A stretch of DNA of 64,000 bases from a virus. A program made the position numbers and the translations under genes. Shown here one piece after another: positions 8,378 through 18,240 of the stretch; positions within the stretch are counted from its first letter, which is position 1, and every line of letters starts with the position of its first letter. The stretch is from positions 25,279 to 89,278 of IMG/VR virus record IMGVR_UViG_3300036652_000269. One strand, 5' to 3'. Below the pieces are notes generated by a model that saw nothing but the letters and a program-made list of their open reading frames with translations, was not told the origin of the DNA and did no database searches.

Positions 8378-10540
8378 CTATTCCAACGACACACCCAACG
8401 AGGCCAGGTCGAAGGACTTGGTGTCGATGACAACCCGATCCGACTTGCCTTCGGTGTCATCGTCGCTGCCGCCGTCCATCCAGTCTTCGGGCAGCTTGCT
8501 TGTCAGATTGAGATCTTTGGCGCGCTTGATGATGAACTGCTTGGCAGCTTCTTCGTCACTGGCACGACCGATGGACTGGATGGCGTTGTCCAGGTCGTCT
8601 TCGTTCTCGATGGGGAAGCTGAAGCTGCCGTCCGGGTTCTTCAGGGCGTGACCCTGCTTGCCCAGTTCTTCCCGCTTGGCAGTCGTGAACTGCCGCTTGA
8701 TCTGGTAATCGATGTCGTAGTCCTTGACGGCCACTGTGTTCTCCCATGCCTTCGAGTCGGGAACCTTGTGCATGGCCTCCATGCGGGCCACGAAGTCAGC
8801 ACTGCTTTGCTTGATGGTGTTTGTCTTTCCGATACGTGCGATCCGCCGCTTCTTGTCCACGTTCCGGGCCTGACGCATCGCGGCCCAGTGCTGCGATCCC
8901 TGGTGTCGCATCGATGCGTAGATGTGTGCACTGTTCGGGTGCAACGTGGACACGTCCAACGTCTGCTTGGGAGTGAGCTTCAGCACGCCGTAGTTAATGC
9001 CCTGGGTCGGGTGCCCGACCAGACGCCCGTACTTGGCCACACCGGCTTCGGTACGCACCATGGCTTTCGATTCGACAACCATGTTGGGCGACCACGACTT
9101 GGCCGATTCACCGGACATGTCAATGTCACCACCCGACTCGCCTGCCTCGGGGTCCTGGTTGTCGTCCGCCTGGTCGATGGCCTTGGCGATGGCCTGTGCC
9201 ACACCCTTCAGGGCATCACTGCCGTCACCGGTTGCGCTGTCGATAGCCGCGTCGATGGCGTCCAGGATGTTGTCTGCCGCCTTTTCGATGGCTTCGGGGT
9301 CGTCACCGATGATGGCGTGGTCGAAGTTCTGTGCCATCGGTGCCAGCTGGTGCAGGACGTCGGGTTCGATGTCATCTTGATACCCGTCAAGCACCTGCAC
9401 GATGCTGACCGGCTCGTTGTCAGCCGATTCGTCGTCGTCCCCGGTGCCACTGTCTGCGCTGTCCGCTTCCCCGGCCTTTTCACGAGCATCGTTGCTGGCG
9501 TCTTCCAGCGGGTCACGCGGCTGCGGTGGCGGGTTGAAAGGGTTGGACGGCATCGGCAACGATGACCCACCCGTAGGGCCAGCAGGGGCAGCCTTTTCGC
9601 TGATGGTGTCTTCGTTCATCGGGTCCTTGGGCCCGTTCGGGTTCTTGCGAGGCTCTTCACCCGTCATCGCGTACAGCAGTTCCCCGATGGCGTCCTGCAC
9701 CTTGCGCACCAGGTCCAGGTTGGACGCACTGATGCTGAACACGCCATCACCCTGCGGGTACTCGTCCGGGGTTTCCAACGCCTTGTGTTCGCTGTCGTCT
9801 TCGTCATCGAACAGTTCGCCGTCTTCGTCGCCTTCCCCTTCGCCGGTCCCGTCATCGTCGTCCGTGATGTCGGTACCTTCGTGGGTCTCGGCTTCGTCTT
9901 CGGCTTCGTCGTCGTCAGTGTCGTCGGGCACCTTGGTGGCCGACATCGCTTTGACTTCCTGCATGAAGGCATCGGGAGTGGTCCCGAAGAAGTCCTTGAA
10001 CTGGACCCAGGCTTCCTGTGCCGACTTCACCGATTCGGTACGGGCAGCTGACATGGCACCGAACAGCACCGGGCTGTACTCGAACAGGTCGAGGTAGTCG
10101 ATGGTACGGATGCCCTTTTCCTGGGTGGCCCCACCGACCGGGACGTTGTAGCCGATGGACCACTCCTGCTGGTCCCCGAAGAACTTCACGTCTTCGTAGG
10201 CTTCCCGGCCCCGCTGTGTGTTCAGGTTGAACTGCATCTTGACCTGAAGGGCACCGGCAGCCTTGGGCCACGGTGAACCATCCGGCAGAGTCGTTGGCAG
10301 TGCAGGATCGCCAGGCATCAGTTCCTTGATTTCCAAGGTCTTACTGATGCTCTTCTCCCACGAGTGGTGCCAGACGCCCTTGGGAATGCGCTTCTGCAAC
10401 GTCTTGGTGTACGCACCAGGCTTGATGATGTCGGACACGTTGTCCACGATGCCTGTCACACTGACAAGCGCAGTGACCACACCCGCGCCGTCGTCTGCTT
10501 TGACGCCGGTAACACCTACCGACTTGTACTGAAGCTCCAT
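8378..10540 (-). CDS. HK97-family prohead (capsid maturation) protease with long acidic/scaffold-like extension
   Basis: SVTGIVDNVSDII.PGAY, WHH, EWSIGY, LFEYSPVLFGA catalytic motifs in the first ~170 aa; C-terminal GHALKNPDGSFSFPIEN...LPEDW module. Confidence 0.9.
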   Translation of the reverse strand: MELQYKSVGVTGVKADDGAGVVTALVSVTGIVDNVSDIIKPGAYTKTLQKRIPKGVWHHSWEKSISKTLEIKELMPGDPALPTTLPDGSPWPKAAGALQVKMQFNLNTQRGREAYEDVKFFGDQQEWSIGYNVPVGGATQEKGIRTIDYLDLFEYSPVLFGAMSAARTESVKSAQEAWVQFKDFFGTTPDAFMQEVKAMSATKVPDDTDDDEAEDEAETHEGTDITDDDDGTGEGEGDEDGELFDDEDDSEHKALETPDEYPQGDGVFSISASNLDLVRKVQDAIGELLYAMTGEEPRKNPNGPKDPMNEDTISEKAAPAGPTGGSSLPMPSNPFNPPPQPRDPLEDASNDAREKAGEADSADSGTGDDDESADNEPVSIVQVLDGYQDDIEPDVLHQLAPMAQNFDHAIIGDDPEAIEKAADNILDAIDAAIDSATGDGSDALKGVAQAIAKAIDQADDNQDPEAGESGGDIDMSGESAKSWSPNMVVESKAMVRTEAGVAKYGRLVGHPTQGINYGVLKLTPKQTLDVSTLHPNSAHIYASMRHQGSQHWAAMRQARNVDKKRRIARIGKTNTIKQSSADFVARMEAMHKVPDSKAWENTVAVKDYDIDYQIKRQFTTAKREELGKQGHALKNPDGSFSFPIENEDDLDNAIQSIGRASDEEAAKQFIIKRAKDLNLTSKLPEDWMDGGSDDDTEGKSDRVVIDTKSFDLASLGVSLE

Positions 10541-10597
10541 GTCAGCCTGTCCTTCTGTGTGTGGTCGCTCTCGGCAGGATAGCCGACTGACGACTGG

Positions 10598-12709
10598 TCA
10601 ATGGCCCGAAGCGGCCCGAAGGACCGCAGCGGTGTGTTGGTCGAGACTGCCTGTCACTGGTAATCCTGCTTCCCGCTGAACTGTCGAAATGCCAGCTTGC
10701 CCTTCCGGCAACCCAAGGTTCTGCATCGCCTGGTGTGCCTGCGCCACTTGTGCAGGAGACAGTTGTACAGCCGCGGGCTTGGTGGTTCCGGCTGGCTTCT
10801 GGCCACCCGTGGTGTAGGTGAACTTCCCGCCGACCCGTGGGTGCTTGGACGGGTCCCAACCTGCTCCGCTGGGGCCGGTGTTGCTGGCGTTCGGGTCAGC
10901 GTGGTTGGGATCGCCACCCGGCTGCTTGGCTAGTTCTGCCTGCGCTTGGTTGAAGGCGGTCGTGGGGTCGGACGATGCCAACGCAGTGCTACCTGTCTTC
11001 CCGACACCCTTGCCCTTACCGGTAGCCGTCTTCTTGGGGGCCGCAGTCCTACGGCTGCCACTGCTGCCACCACGGGCCGCTGCTCGGTGGGTACCACCGT
11101 GCCCGGCATGGGACGACGACCCCTTGGGCGGGGCTACTGCTGCCGGTGCCTTGCTACCCGACCACGCCTTGCTGTCTTTCTGAACGAAGTCACGCACGCC
11201 TACTACCTCGTCACGCCCCACCTTGTCCTTGGCCCAGTCCACGTGGTCGTCGCACACCGGAACCTGGGCCATCCCTTCTGCCCAGAGCACACCTTTGGTC
11301 GCGGGCTTTGAACAGTCGGGGTTCTTGCAGTGGTAGGTCTTGGTGGCGATGTAGTCAGCACGCTGCATCACGTAGGACTTGATGTCTGCGTAGTCACGAA
11401 CGACTTTCCGTTCGATACCCGGTTCGAACGACTTGCCTCCCGCACGCTGGTTCAACTTGCGCATGACGGCATCACGGGATGCACCTTCGTGCAACACGTA
11501 GTCATGCTGGTCGGTGGCCACCCACTTGTTCGGGGTTTCCGCACCCACGTAGTAGACGTTGTTGTCCGCCCCCTTGTACTTCTCGAAGTTGTCGTATTCC
11601 GACCGCAGCTTGTTCAGGTTTTCGTACGTACCCGCTGGCTTCTTGGCACCGACACGCACCGTCCGTTCCTTCGCACGTTGCAATGCAGCCTGGCGTGCCT
11701 CATCACGACGGGCAGCAGCAGCTGTCCGTTCGACAACCGGGGGTTTGTGGTTCGCCTGCCGGTCGGCATCGGCAGCGTTTGCTGCATCACGCCGTGCACG
11801 TTGCTTCGCAATCTCAACAGCAGCGCGCATCTTTTCGGACGCCGACGTGTCCACCGAAAGGTTTGGCACGCCGTAATACTGCCGCTGTTCATTCCACAAC
11901 GTCGGTGTCATGTCATGCAGGTGTTGTTCAGCTTCCGCTACCTTGCCCTGAGACATCGCGTGGACGGCAGCTTCGATGTGCTTCTGTACTTCGGGGTGTT
12001 TGATAGCCGGAGTCTTTTCATGGTGTTGCAGACCCGCAACCAAACTATTGGCGACGCTTTCATCGTCTTCGAAGTACCCATCATGGATGATGTGCTTGTC
12101 CCCGTTGAGCGCAGTGAACTCGTACTTGGTGTGCTGCGCTGGGTTAGACACCGTTGTGATGGTCGATCCGATGTCGGCACCATGGCGACGGGCACCAGCT
12201 TCGGTAGCCACCCGCCTAACGTGTGAACCTCCGGATGCCCTACTTCCCCGTACGCCAGTGATGTGCCCCTGGGTGTAAGTGGTTCCGTGTTCGTTAGACC
12301 CGAGCATCCGACCAGACGTACCGATGGTCCATCGTCCGTGTTCATCGCGGACTTCGTTGATATTGAAGATTTTCTGTTCGACAGGTGCATCGAACGCTTT
12401 GCCCGACGTACCCTTCATTGCCTCCCACTGGGCCAGTGCGGCCTGTGCCTTAGCCACCGTGTCGGGGTGCACCTTGTCACCACCACGAGCCCACCGCTTG
12501 ATGGCACCGATGGCCAGTTCGATGGCGTTGCTTTCGTCCGCGTGCCCGGTCCGGATCAGGGCATGGGCTATCTCCCTGACATACGGGGGCAGGCCACCAC
12601 GGCGGGTGACCCAGTTGTCCCCCGTGCCCAGGGGTGACGTGTCATGGGGACCGCCAACCACCTTGAACTCTGCGAGAAGTTCTAGCTCGTTGTCAGTCAG
12701 CATGTTCAA
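10598..12709 (-). CDS. Multidomain head-associated protein (tagged polyprotein; Zn-finger, C-terminal PG-binding-like domain)
   Basis: 703 aa mosaic; EQKIFNINEVRDEHGRW tag; C-x4-C...C-x2-H; QREAGLPVTGSLDQHT. Confidence 0.65.
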   Translation of the reverse strand: MNMLTDNELELLAEFKVVGGPHDTSPLGTGDNWVTRRGGLPPYVREIAHALIRTGHADESNAIELAIGAIKRWARGGDKVHPDTVAKAQAALAQWEAMKGTSGKAFDAPVEQKIFNINEVRDEHGRWTIGTSGRMLGSNEHGTTYTQGHITGVRGSRASGGSHVRRVATEAGARRHGADIGSTITTVSNPAQHTKYEFTALNGDKHIIHDGYFEDDESVANSLVAGLQHHEKTPAIKHPEVQKHIEAAVHAMSQGKVAEAEQHLHDMTPTLWNEQRQYYGVPNLSVDTSASEKMRAAVEIAKQRARRDAANAADADRQANHKPPVVERTAAAARRDEARQAALQRAKERTVRVGAKKPAGTYENLNKLRSEYDNFEKYKGADNNVYYVGAETPNKWVATDQHDYVLHEGASRDAVMRKLNQRAGGKSFEPGIERKVVRDYADIKSYVMQRADYIATKTYHCKNPDCSKPATKGVLWAEGMAQVPVCDDHVDWAKDKVGRDEVVGVRDFVQKDSKAWSGSKAPAAVAPPKGSSSHAGHGGTHRAAARGGSSGSRRTAAPKKTATGKGKGVGKTGSTALASSDPTTAFNQAQAELAKQPGGDPNHADPNASNTGPSGAGWDPSKHPRVGGKFTYTTGGQKPAGTTKPAAVQLSPAQVAQAHQAMQNLGLPEGQAGISTVQREAGLPVTGSLDQHTAAVLRAASGH

Positions 12710-12960
12710 CCAACCTTCATGGGCGTGATGGTGTCAGGTTCGACTTGACGGCTCTTGCCTGTTGGCGTCGTCACCCAGTATTGCGTGTAAGCGCCGAACG
12801 GGGTGTCAACATGTGAAGTCGTCAACGTGCCGAGGATGCCAAGCTCATCACCCAGCGGTTCGTCCGGCCCATCTGGTGCATAGACAGCGCCCGGTACATC
12901 GTGGCGTCCATCGAAGTTGTACAGCTTGGCCCGCACCATCGTGCCGTCGTCGGGAATCAT
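12706..12960 (-). CDS. Hypothetical protein
   Basis: 84 aa, GAGGT RBS, coupled to neighbours. Confidence 0.55.
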   Translation of the reverse strand: MIPDDGTMVRAKLYNFDGRHDVPGAVYAPDGPDEPLGDELGILGTLTTSHVDTPFGAYTQYWVTTPTGKSRQVEPDTITPMKVG

Positions 12961-12962
12961 GG

Positions 12963-14789
12963 TTACCTCTTCTGGGGTGGGCCCATGATGCCGGGTGGCA
13001 CGGGCTTCGGGAACGCTACACGTTGGCTGGCAGTGGCACCTCGTTCAGTACCACGCTTTGGCTTTGTCTTCAAGACAGACGCGATAAAAGCAGGCGTATA
13101 CCACGCTGGCTTGGCCGCCTTCAGTCCTGTGCCTTCGTGCATCGGCTTGTCAGAACGAAGTTTGTTGCACCCAGAACACGCCGGGACGATGTTGTTGGTT
13201 CGGTACTTGCCACCCAGGTTGGTGGTGATGATCTTGTCTTGCTCAAACATCGGTAACTTGCCCTTGTTGTGCCACGACATCTTGCACCCGCAATAGACAC
13301 AGGGCACGTAACCCTTGTCCTTGCCCTTGGCGTCCACCCCACCGAACTCGACATAGACCGCCCAGTTGCGATTGTCCCGGTCCAGGTTGTTTCCACGCAG
13401 GTTGCGGAAGGCTTCACCGCCAGCAGCGATTCGTGCCTTGTTGTCAGCTATCTCGATAGGCGTCGGCTGCGGGATAGCTTTGGCCTTGGCAATAGCTTGC
13501 TTCTGCGCTCGCTTCAGTTCGGCGTTGGACACATGTTCGTGCACCACGTCCTTTTCGCTGCGGTGTACCCCAGTGCCTGTCGTTTCGATATGCGTGTACT
13601 TGGTCTTGCCCAATGCAGATCGAGCGGCCCCAAACGCCGACCACCTACCATGGTCATCGCGTAGTTCGGCAGGATCGAACTTCTTACCTTCTTGTGTTTC
13701 GACAATCGGACCGTGGTAGCCGTACTCACTGATGGAGTTGCCATCGGTGTACAGATGCTTGGCCTTGACTGTCGCACTGATAACCGGCAGGTCTTTTTCC
13801 GGGTCAGTGGGGTGCAGCCCGTGTTGCCGGGCGTAGGCAGGGTGTACAGCAACCCAGTCACCAGGGTTGATCTGTCGGACTCCATGCGGGACGGACCGAT
13901 AGATGGTGACATCGGCTTCCGGGTTGCCACGAACCTGTTGTGCTACCTGCATCCCGTACGGGTCGTGTGCCTCGTCGTGGATGTAGAAATGCGGGTTGGT
14001 ATAGACGTCGTCTGGATAGACGCCGTTCTGCGTCAGGTCATGGATCGGGGCATCGTTCTTGTTCGGTGCTGTATGTAGCCCCCGATAGTCGGTGGTTTCC
14101 TGCTTCAGTACCTCGTACGCCTTGCGATACGGGTCCAGTGACGGATCGTTGTCGCCTTCGATCCATTGATATTCCGACATGGGGTCACTGGACTGCTTCA
14201 TGTAGTCGTAAGCCGAGTGCCATGGTTCGTGGATGGCCACGATCTGGCTGGGCTTCACGTCGCCTTTCATGATGACATGGTGGTGACCCTGTTGCCACTC
14301 ATCCAACAACTGGTTACCGGCCAATGACGACTGCGGGTGTTCGGCCCGCTGGCTGATTTCGTCAGGGTGGGCGTGGAACTCGACTACCGCACGCTTGGCG
14401 TGGGCATCCATTTTGGGCATGTATGAAGATGCCCAGACACCTGCTGACGGTTCGTTCCCTGCCCCTAGACCACCATCACCATGAGCATGGCTTTCCAACA
14501 ACCCATGTTGCCTTATCGAATCGACATTTTCGGTAGACGTGTAGTGGAACAGCCTGACGTGCCCTGCCGGGATCGCAGCCCACCGGCCATGCAGGCCACG
14601 GGCTTCGGCAGGGTCGAAAACCTTGGCCTCTAGACGGGCTGTACGGCCCGCTGCCGGGTCAATGGGCTGCCAGACGGGTGCTGGCCCAGCCAGCCCACCC
14701 AAAGCCTTCAGAAAGACGTTCAGCGCAGCTTTGACCTGGACCTCCTGGGCACGAGCCCTGATCCGGTCGCTGATGATCACTTGACCCAC
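12963..14789 (-). CDS. Multidomain protein: two ADP-ribosyltransferase-like domains + HNH nuclease
   Basis: LFHYTSTENVDSIRQHGL; VTIYRSVP..INPGDWV..YARQHG..GNSISEYGY; CVYCG...D.I....GG....NIVPACSGCN; two copies of the tag motif. Confidence 0.65.
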   Translation of the reverse strand: MGQVIISDRIRARAQEVQVKAALNVFLKALGGLAGPAPVWQPIDPAAGRTARLEAKVFDPAEARGLHGRWAAIPAGHVRLFHYTSTENVDSIRQHGLLESHAHGDGGLGAGNEPSAGVWASSYMPKMDAHAKRAVVEFHAHPDEISQRAEHPQSSLAGNQLLDEWQQGHHHVIMKGDVKPSQIVAIHEPWHSAYDYMKQSSDPMSEYQWIEGDNDPSLDPYRKAYEVLKQETTDYRGLHTAPNKNDAPIHDLTQNGVYPDDVYTNPHFYIHDEAHDPYGMQVAQQVRGNPEADVTIYRSVPHGVRQINPGDWVAVHPAYARQHGLHPTDPEKDLPVISATVKAKHLYTDGNSISEYGYHGPIVETQEGKKFDPAELRDDHGRWSAFGAARSALGKTKYTHIETTGTGVHRSEKDVVHEHVSNAELKRAQKQAIAKAKAIPQPTPIEIADNKARIAAGGEAFRNLRGNNLDRDNRNWAVYVEFGGVDAKGKDKGYVPCVYCGCKMSWHNKGKLPMFEQDKIITTNLGGKYRTNNIVPACSGCNKLRSDKPMHEGTGLKAAKPAWYTPAFIASVLKTKPKRGTERGATASQRVAFPKPVPPGIMGPPQKR

Positions 14790-17179
14790 CGTCCGTCGTT
14801 TCGCAGGTATCGAAGTTCCAGTTGCCGGTACGTGTGGTCAGGAAGGATGTCGAAGTATAAAACCATCGGCACCACGAAGGGGAACTTCCCCGCGATGTCG
14901 GCTTCGGTAGCACCCACGAGTACAAGCAGCTTGGTTCGTGTGTCGATGGTACCGGCAGCACCAGCTTCGGTTGCGGACCCGATGGTGATGCTGACGCTGC
15001 GGGTCAACACTCCCGCTGTCCCGGTTTCTGTCACTGTGCCAAACGTGGGCAGCAGCTTCGTCCGGGATAGCGTCTGGGCAGCACCTGTCTCAGTGACAGT
15101 TCCCAGGGTCAATGTCTTGGACTGACCGAACGATCCCGCCTGCCCCGATTCCACGACGCCGGTCAATATCAGGGTCTTGGCCCGCTGCCCCAGGGCGTGG
15201 GCGACATCTGCCTCGGTGGCGACACTGAAGCTAGCCAACTTGCTTCGTGACAAGGTGCCGGTTGCATCGGCTTCACTGGTACCGGTGAAACTAAGTTTCT
15301 TGGCCCGTGTCAGACCTCCGGCGATGCCGGACTCGGTAGCTGTACCAATGACAAGCGATCCGGTCAGTACAAACGTGCCGGTGGTGTCTACTTCCGATGC
15401 AGTCCCCAGGGTCAACGCTGCCCGTCCGACGACAAGACTTCCGGCAGTGTCTGTCTCGCTGGCAGTCCCGATGCCTAAGGTCTTCGTCCGGACGAACGTG
15501 CCTGCTGTTTCGACATCGTTGTCCGTGGCAAGTGTCAGTGCCTTGCTGCGAGTTGTGAAGGCCATCGCGGCACCTGCTTCGGTAGCAGTACCGAAACCAG
15601 CCGACTTCGCACGGATGAACGTTCCTGTCGTGCCCAGGTTGCTGACCGTACCCAGGGTCAACGACTTCGAGTGCGTGAAGGCACCGGTCGTACCGATGTT
15701 GGTGACAGTGGCCAGCCCGATTGTCTTCGCACGACTAAAGGTGCCAGCAATACCGGTGTTGGTGGCCGTCCCCAAGGTCAGTGACTTTGTGCGAGTGAAA
15801 GTGCCAGCTGTACCCGTGTTGGTGGCTGTCCCGATAGTGGTGGTGTGTGAAACGCCACCGGGCAGCGGAATGGCCCATACCGTTGCTGTGCCACCGCTAA
15901 CCGTGCCGTTGAGTGTGATCGAGTTATCGGCTGGAGTGACACCGGACGGCAGCAACTTGACGTACAGCGCACCGTAGATTGCACCGTTGGCCGTTCCGGC
16001 TCCAGAAACACCAGACGCGATCTGTGCCCAGCCATCTGGCAGGGTGGTTGCGTCAGTTGCGCCAGCACCCGCGTCTATCATCATGACAAGCAAACGGTTT
16101 ACGGCCGATGCTGGCAATGTCGAAATGGTGTACGCGAGTGCTGCCCCGCCACCAGAGTGCTTGAACGTCTTCGACCATGCTGTCGAAGCGTCTGCACCAG
16201 CTAGTTTCGCAGTGATCCACAACCATGCTCGGCTAGCGGTGGTGTGTGCAGCCCAGAAGTTCGTGTTCGACGTGTCGTTTGTGCCGTTGAACAACCACGA
16301 CGAAAACGTGGTTGATGTGGCTTGTTCGAAGTCGAACTCTGCCCAGTTGCCCGAGCCAGCCGATCCGTTGTAGCCCAATGTGATGCTGGAACTCGATGCA
16401 CTGGCATTACCGGCACCGGCGACTAGCACAGTGTTGCCATTCACCACCCCAGTTGGGGCAGTTAGTGTCCGGTCAGTTGCCGTCGCAGCATCGTTGGTGA
16501 CGACAGGACCATCAAGCTCTGGCCAGGACCCTTGCACTAGGTTGTAGCAGAAAGCTGCGATCTGCGTGTACGTCGGGCACGTCCACATGCCTGTCGGTGA
16601 GACAGTCCCTGCGGTTGCAACATTCGTGTGCGCCGCTTCGGACGTGTACATGGTTCCGGAAGTCTGGTTGTTGACGCCATCGTCAGTCCAGCCAGAACCA
16701 CCAGCCGCAAGAGTGGGTGACGTGGACGAACGACAGGTGATCGCGTTCACCATGACGCAGTTGTCAACAGCACTAGTCGCAACCGCACCAGCAGGGGTAG
16801 CTGAGCCACCGTTATACGAATACGTTCCGGACAGGCCTCCGTACGTGATCGGGGTCCATGTCCCCGACCATTCGGCAACCCGCCACAGCATCCCTGTGCC
16901 GGACGCGCCGACGTTGCCGAACGTCACAGTCGTCGTAGACAGAGCGTTTTGGCACATCCACAGTTCGAACGTGTACGTGTTGACCGGCTTCCAAACCAGT
17001 TTCCATGTGTTACCCGCGTTGTCGGTCACTGTGTTGGCTGCTGAGTTGCCACCGCCCCAATGGACAGAAGCGATCAGTGTGTTGCCAGCCGTTGTTGCGG
17101 TCGCAAAAGAAACAGTCGAGTTACCAGTGGCCCCAGACTGCTTCTTGCCTAGCGCGACCTGAACTGGGCTGTCGCTCAT
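14777..17179 (-). CDS. Thr/Gly/Ala-rich fibre-like virion protein with ~16 x 20-aa repeats
   Basis: 800 aa; N-terminal beta-sandwich-like domains, then repeats such as TLGTATNTGIAGTFSRAKTI. Confidence 0.6.
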   Translation of the reverse strand: MSDSPVQVALGKKQSGATGNSTVSFATATTAGNTLIASVHWGGGNSAANTVTDNAGNTWKLVWKPVNTYTFELWMCQNALSTTTVTFGNVGASGTGMLWRVAEWSGTWTPITYGGLSGTYSYNGGSATPAGAVATSAVDNCVMVNAITCRSSTSPTLAAGGSGWTDDGVNNQTSGTMYTSEAAHTNVATAGTVSPTGMWTCPTYTQIAAFCYNLVQGSWPELDGPVVTNDAATATDRTLTAPTGVVNGNTVLVAGAGNASASSSSITLGYNGSAGSGNWAEFDFEQATSTTFSSWLFNGTNDTSNTNFWAAHTTASRAWLWITAKLAGADASTAWSKTFKHSGGGAALAYTISTLPASAVNRLLVMMIDAGAGATDATTLPDGWAQIASGVSGAGTANGAIYGALYVKLLPSGVTPADNSITLNGTVSGGTATVWAIPLPGGVSHTTTIGTATNTGTAGTFTRTKSLTLGTATNTGIAGTFSRAKTIGLATVTNIGTTGAFTHSKSLTLGTVSNLGTTGTFIRAKSAGFGTATEAGAAMAFTTRSKALTLATDNDVETAGTFVRTKTLGIGTASETDTAGSLVVGRAALTLGTASEVDTTGTFVLTGSLVIGTATESGIAGGLTRAKKLSFTGTSEADATGTLSRSKLASFSVATEADVAHALGQRAKTLILTGVVESGQAGSFGQSKTLTLGTVTETGAAQTLSRTKLLPTFGTVTETGTAGVLTRSVSITIGSATEAGAAGTIDTRTKLLVLVGATEADIAGKFPFVVPMVLYFDILPDHTYRQLELRYLRNDGRWVK
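14880..15840 (-). repeat. ~60-bp degenerate coding tandem repeat (about 16 units)
   Basis: Protein consensus [TG]-[LIF]-G-T-[AV]-T-[EN]-x-G-x-A-G-x-[FL]-x-R-x-K-x-L. Confidence 0.75.
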
Positions 17180-17199
17180 CAGTTACCCCAGACCATGAA

Positions 17200-17245
17200 C
17201 ACACCCGTGCCTGTACGGGCTATCAGCCTGACAGACACGGGTGTG
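17200..17245 (-). terminator. Stem-loop
   Basis: CACACCCGTGCCTGT...ACAGACACGGGTGTG inverted repeat. Confidence 0.55.
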
Positions 17246-17273
17246 ACCTCTTTCAGAACGTCAGGGGTGCGAA

Positions 17274-17726
17274 CTACGCCGCGAAGAATCCGCCAGCCGG
17301 GCAGTTGATGGTCTGCGTGGTGCCGTCCGTGGTGAAGGGCGCATCGTGAGCGGTCAACGGGATGATGTTCGAATCGGTACCGCCCGTGGTGTCGTTGTCG
17401 TAGCAGACCAGCAGCTTCACGACGGAGTTGTTGATCGCCCCACCCGCGTTGGTGTAAGTCAGCGGGTCGAATGTCACCTTGACAGTGTTTGCAGTGTTGT
17501 CCACCGTCACCACGACGTTCGCGGGATCGAGCCGGGTGTAGTTCGTGAAGGTGGCTTCGGTGTTGCCAGCCGCCGCAATCAGGGTGGCCAGGTCGGTGTA
17601 GTTGTTCAGCGTGTCGTCTGCCTCGGCTGCCTGAAGCAGCACGACGACCAATGCGTCGTTGGTGGCAGGTAGCCCGGCGTAATAGGCCACCTTGCCCTTG
17701 GCACCGTTGAAAACAAAGCTGCCCAT
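17274..17726 (-). CDS. Putative virion structural protein
   Basis: 150 aa, MGSFVFNGAKG...EATFTNYTR; followed by a stem-loop, as for abundant proteins. Confidence 0.55.
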   Translation of the reverse strand: MGSFVFNGAKGKVAYYAGLPATNDALVVVLLQAAEADDTLNNYTDLATLIAAAGNTEATFTNYTRLDPANVVVTVDNTANTVKVTFDPLTYTNAGGAINNSVVKLLVCYDNDTTGGTDSNIIPLTAHDAPFTTDGTTQTINCPAGGFFAA

Positions 17727-17769
17727 CGGGGTCTGCTCACTTTCTCGTTTCGATAGTTGGGTCTGCTGG

Positions 17770-18234
17770 CTAGGCCGTCTGTGGCTTCAGCCATAGGTCG
17801 ATACCGGGGATTGCATCGGCCGGTGGTGGTGGACTGCCCCGCCACTGGACAACTCGGGTTGGATCGTTGGTGATGCTGGCCCTGGTCGGGTAGGTGCCGT
17901 TGCTGTCCGGTACCACGGTCACCGGCACCTGTGGTGGCAGGTCGTCCACCGTGTAGCTGGCGTTGGTTCCCGGAGCACCCTTCAAGGATGCCAGCCAGTC
18001 GTCTTCGTTGCCCTGAAAACCACGGGCCACGGCCAGTTCGTACGGGCTGGCTCCTTGTGGGCCCTGTCCACCCGCATCACCCTTGGTACCCTTCAGCGAT
18101 GCCAGGAAGTCGGCCTGGGTACCGGTGTTCCCTGCTGCCAGCCAGAGTTCATAGGCAGACTGCCCTGGCTGACCGATCTTCAGCGGGATGACGGGGTTGG
18201 TCGGTGCCCCCGAAAAGGTGATCTGCGTGGTCAT
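17770..18234 (-). CDS. Collagen-like fibre protein
   Basis: Two S[AP]YEL...G..G..(D)[FW]LASLKG repeats with G-x-x triplets. Confidence 0.6.
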   Translation of the reverse strand: MTTQITFSGAPTNPVIPLKIGQPGQSAYELWLAAGNTGTQADFLASLKGTKGDAGGQGPQGASPYELAVARGFQGNEDDWLASLKGAPGTNASYTVDDLPPQVPVTVVPDSNGTYPTRASITNDPTRVVQWRGSPPPPADAIPGIDLWLKPQTA

Positions 18235-18240
18235 CGTGGT

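Noticed and set aside
82-10097. Long plus-strand ORFs (e.g. 2556-3605, 6889-7974, 8369-9565)
   Set aside because: Antisense shadows of well-supported minus-strand structural genes, expected with high-GC codon bias; no motifs or RBS.
14880-15840. Possible CRISPR-like or DNA-level repeat array
   Set aside because: Repeats are degenerate at synonymous positions and in frame; no constant repeat with unique spacers.
15177-17162. Plus-strand Val/Pro/Ala-repeat ORFs
   Set aside because: Mirror of the repetitive 800-aa minus-strand gene.
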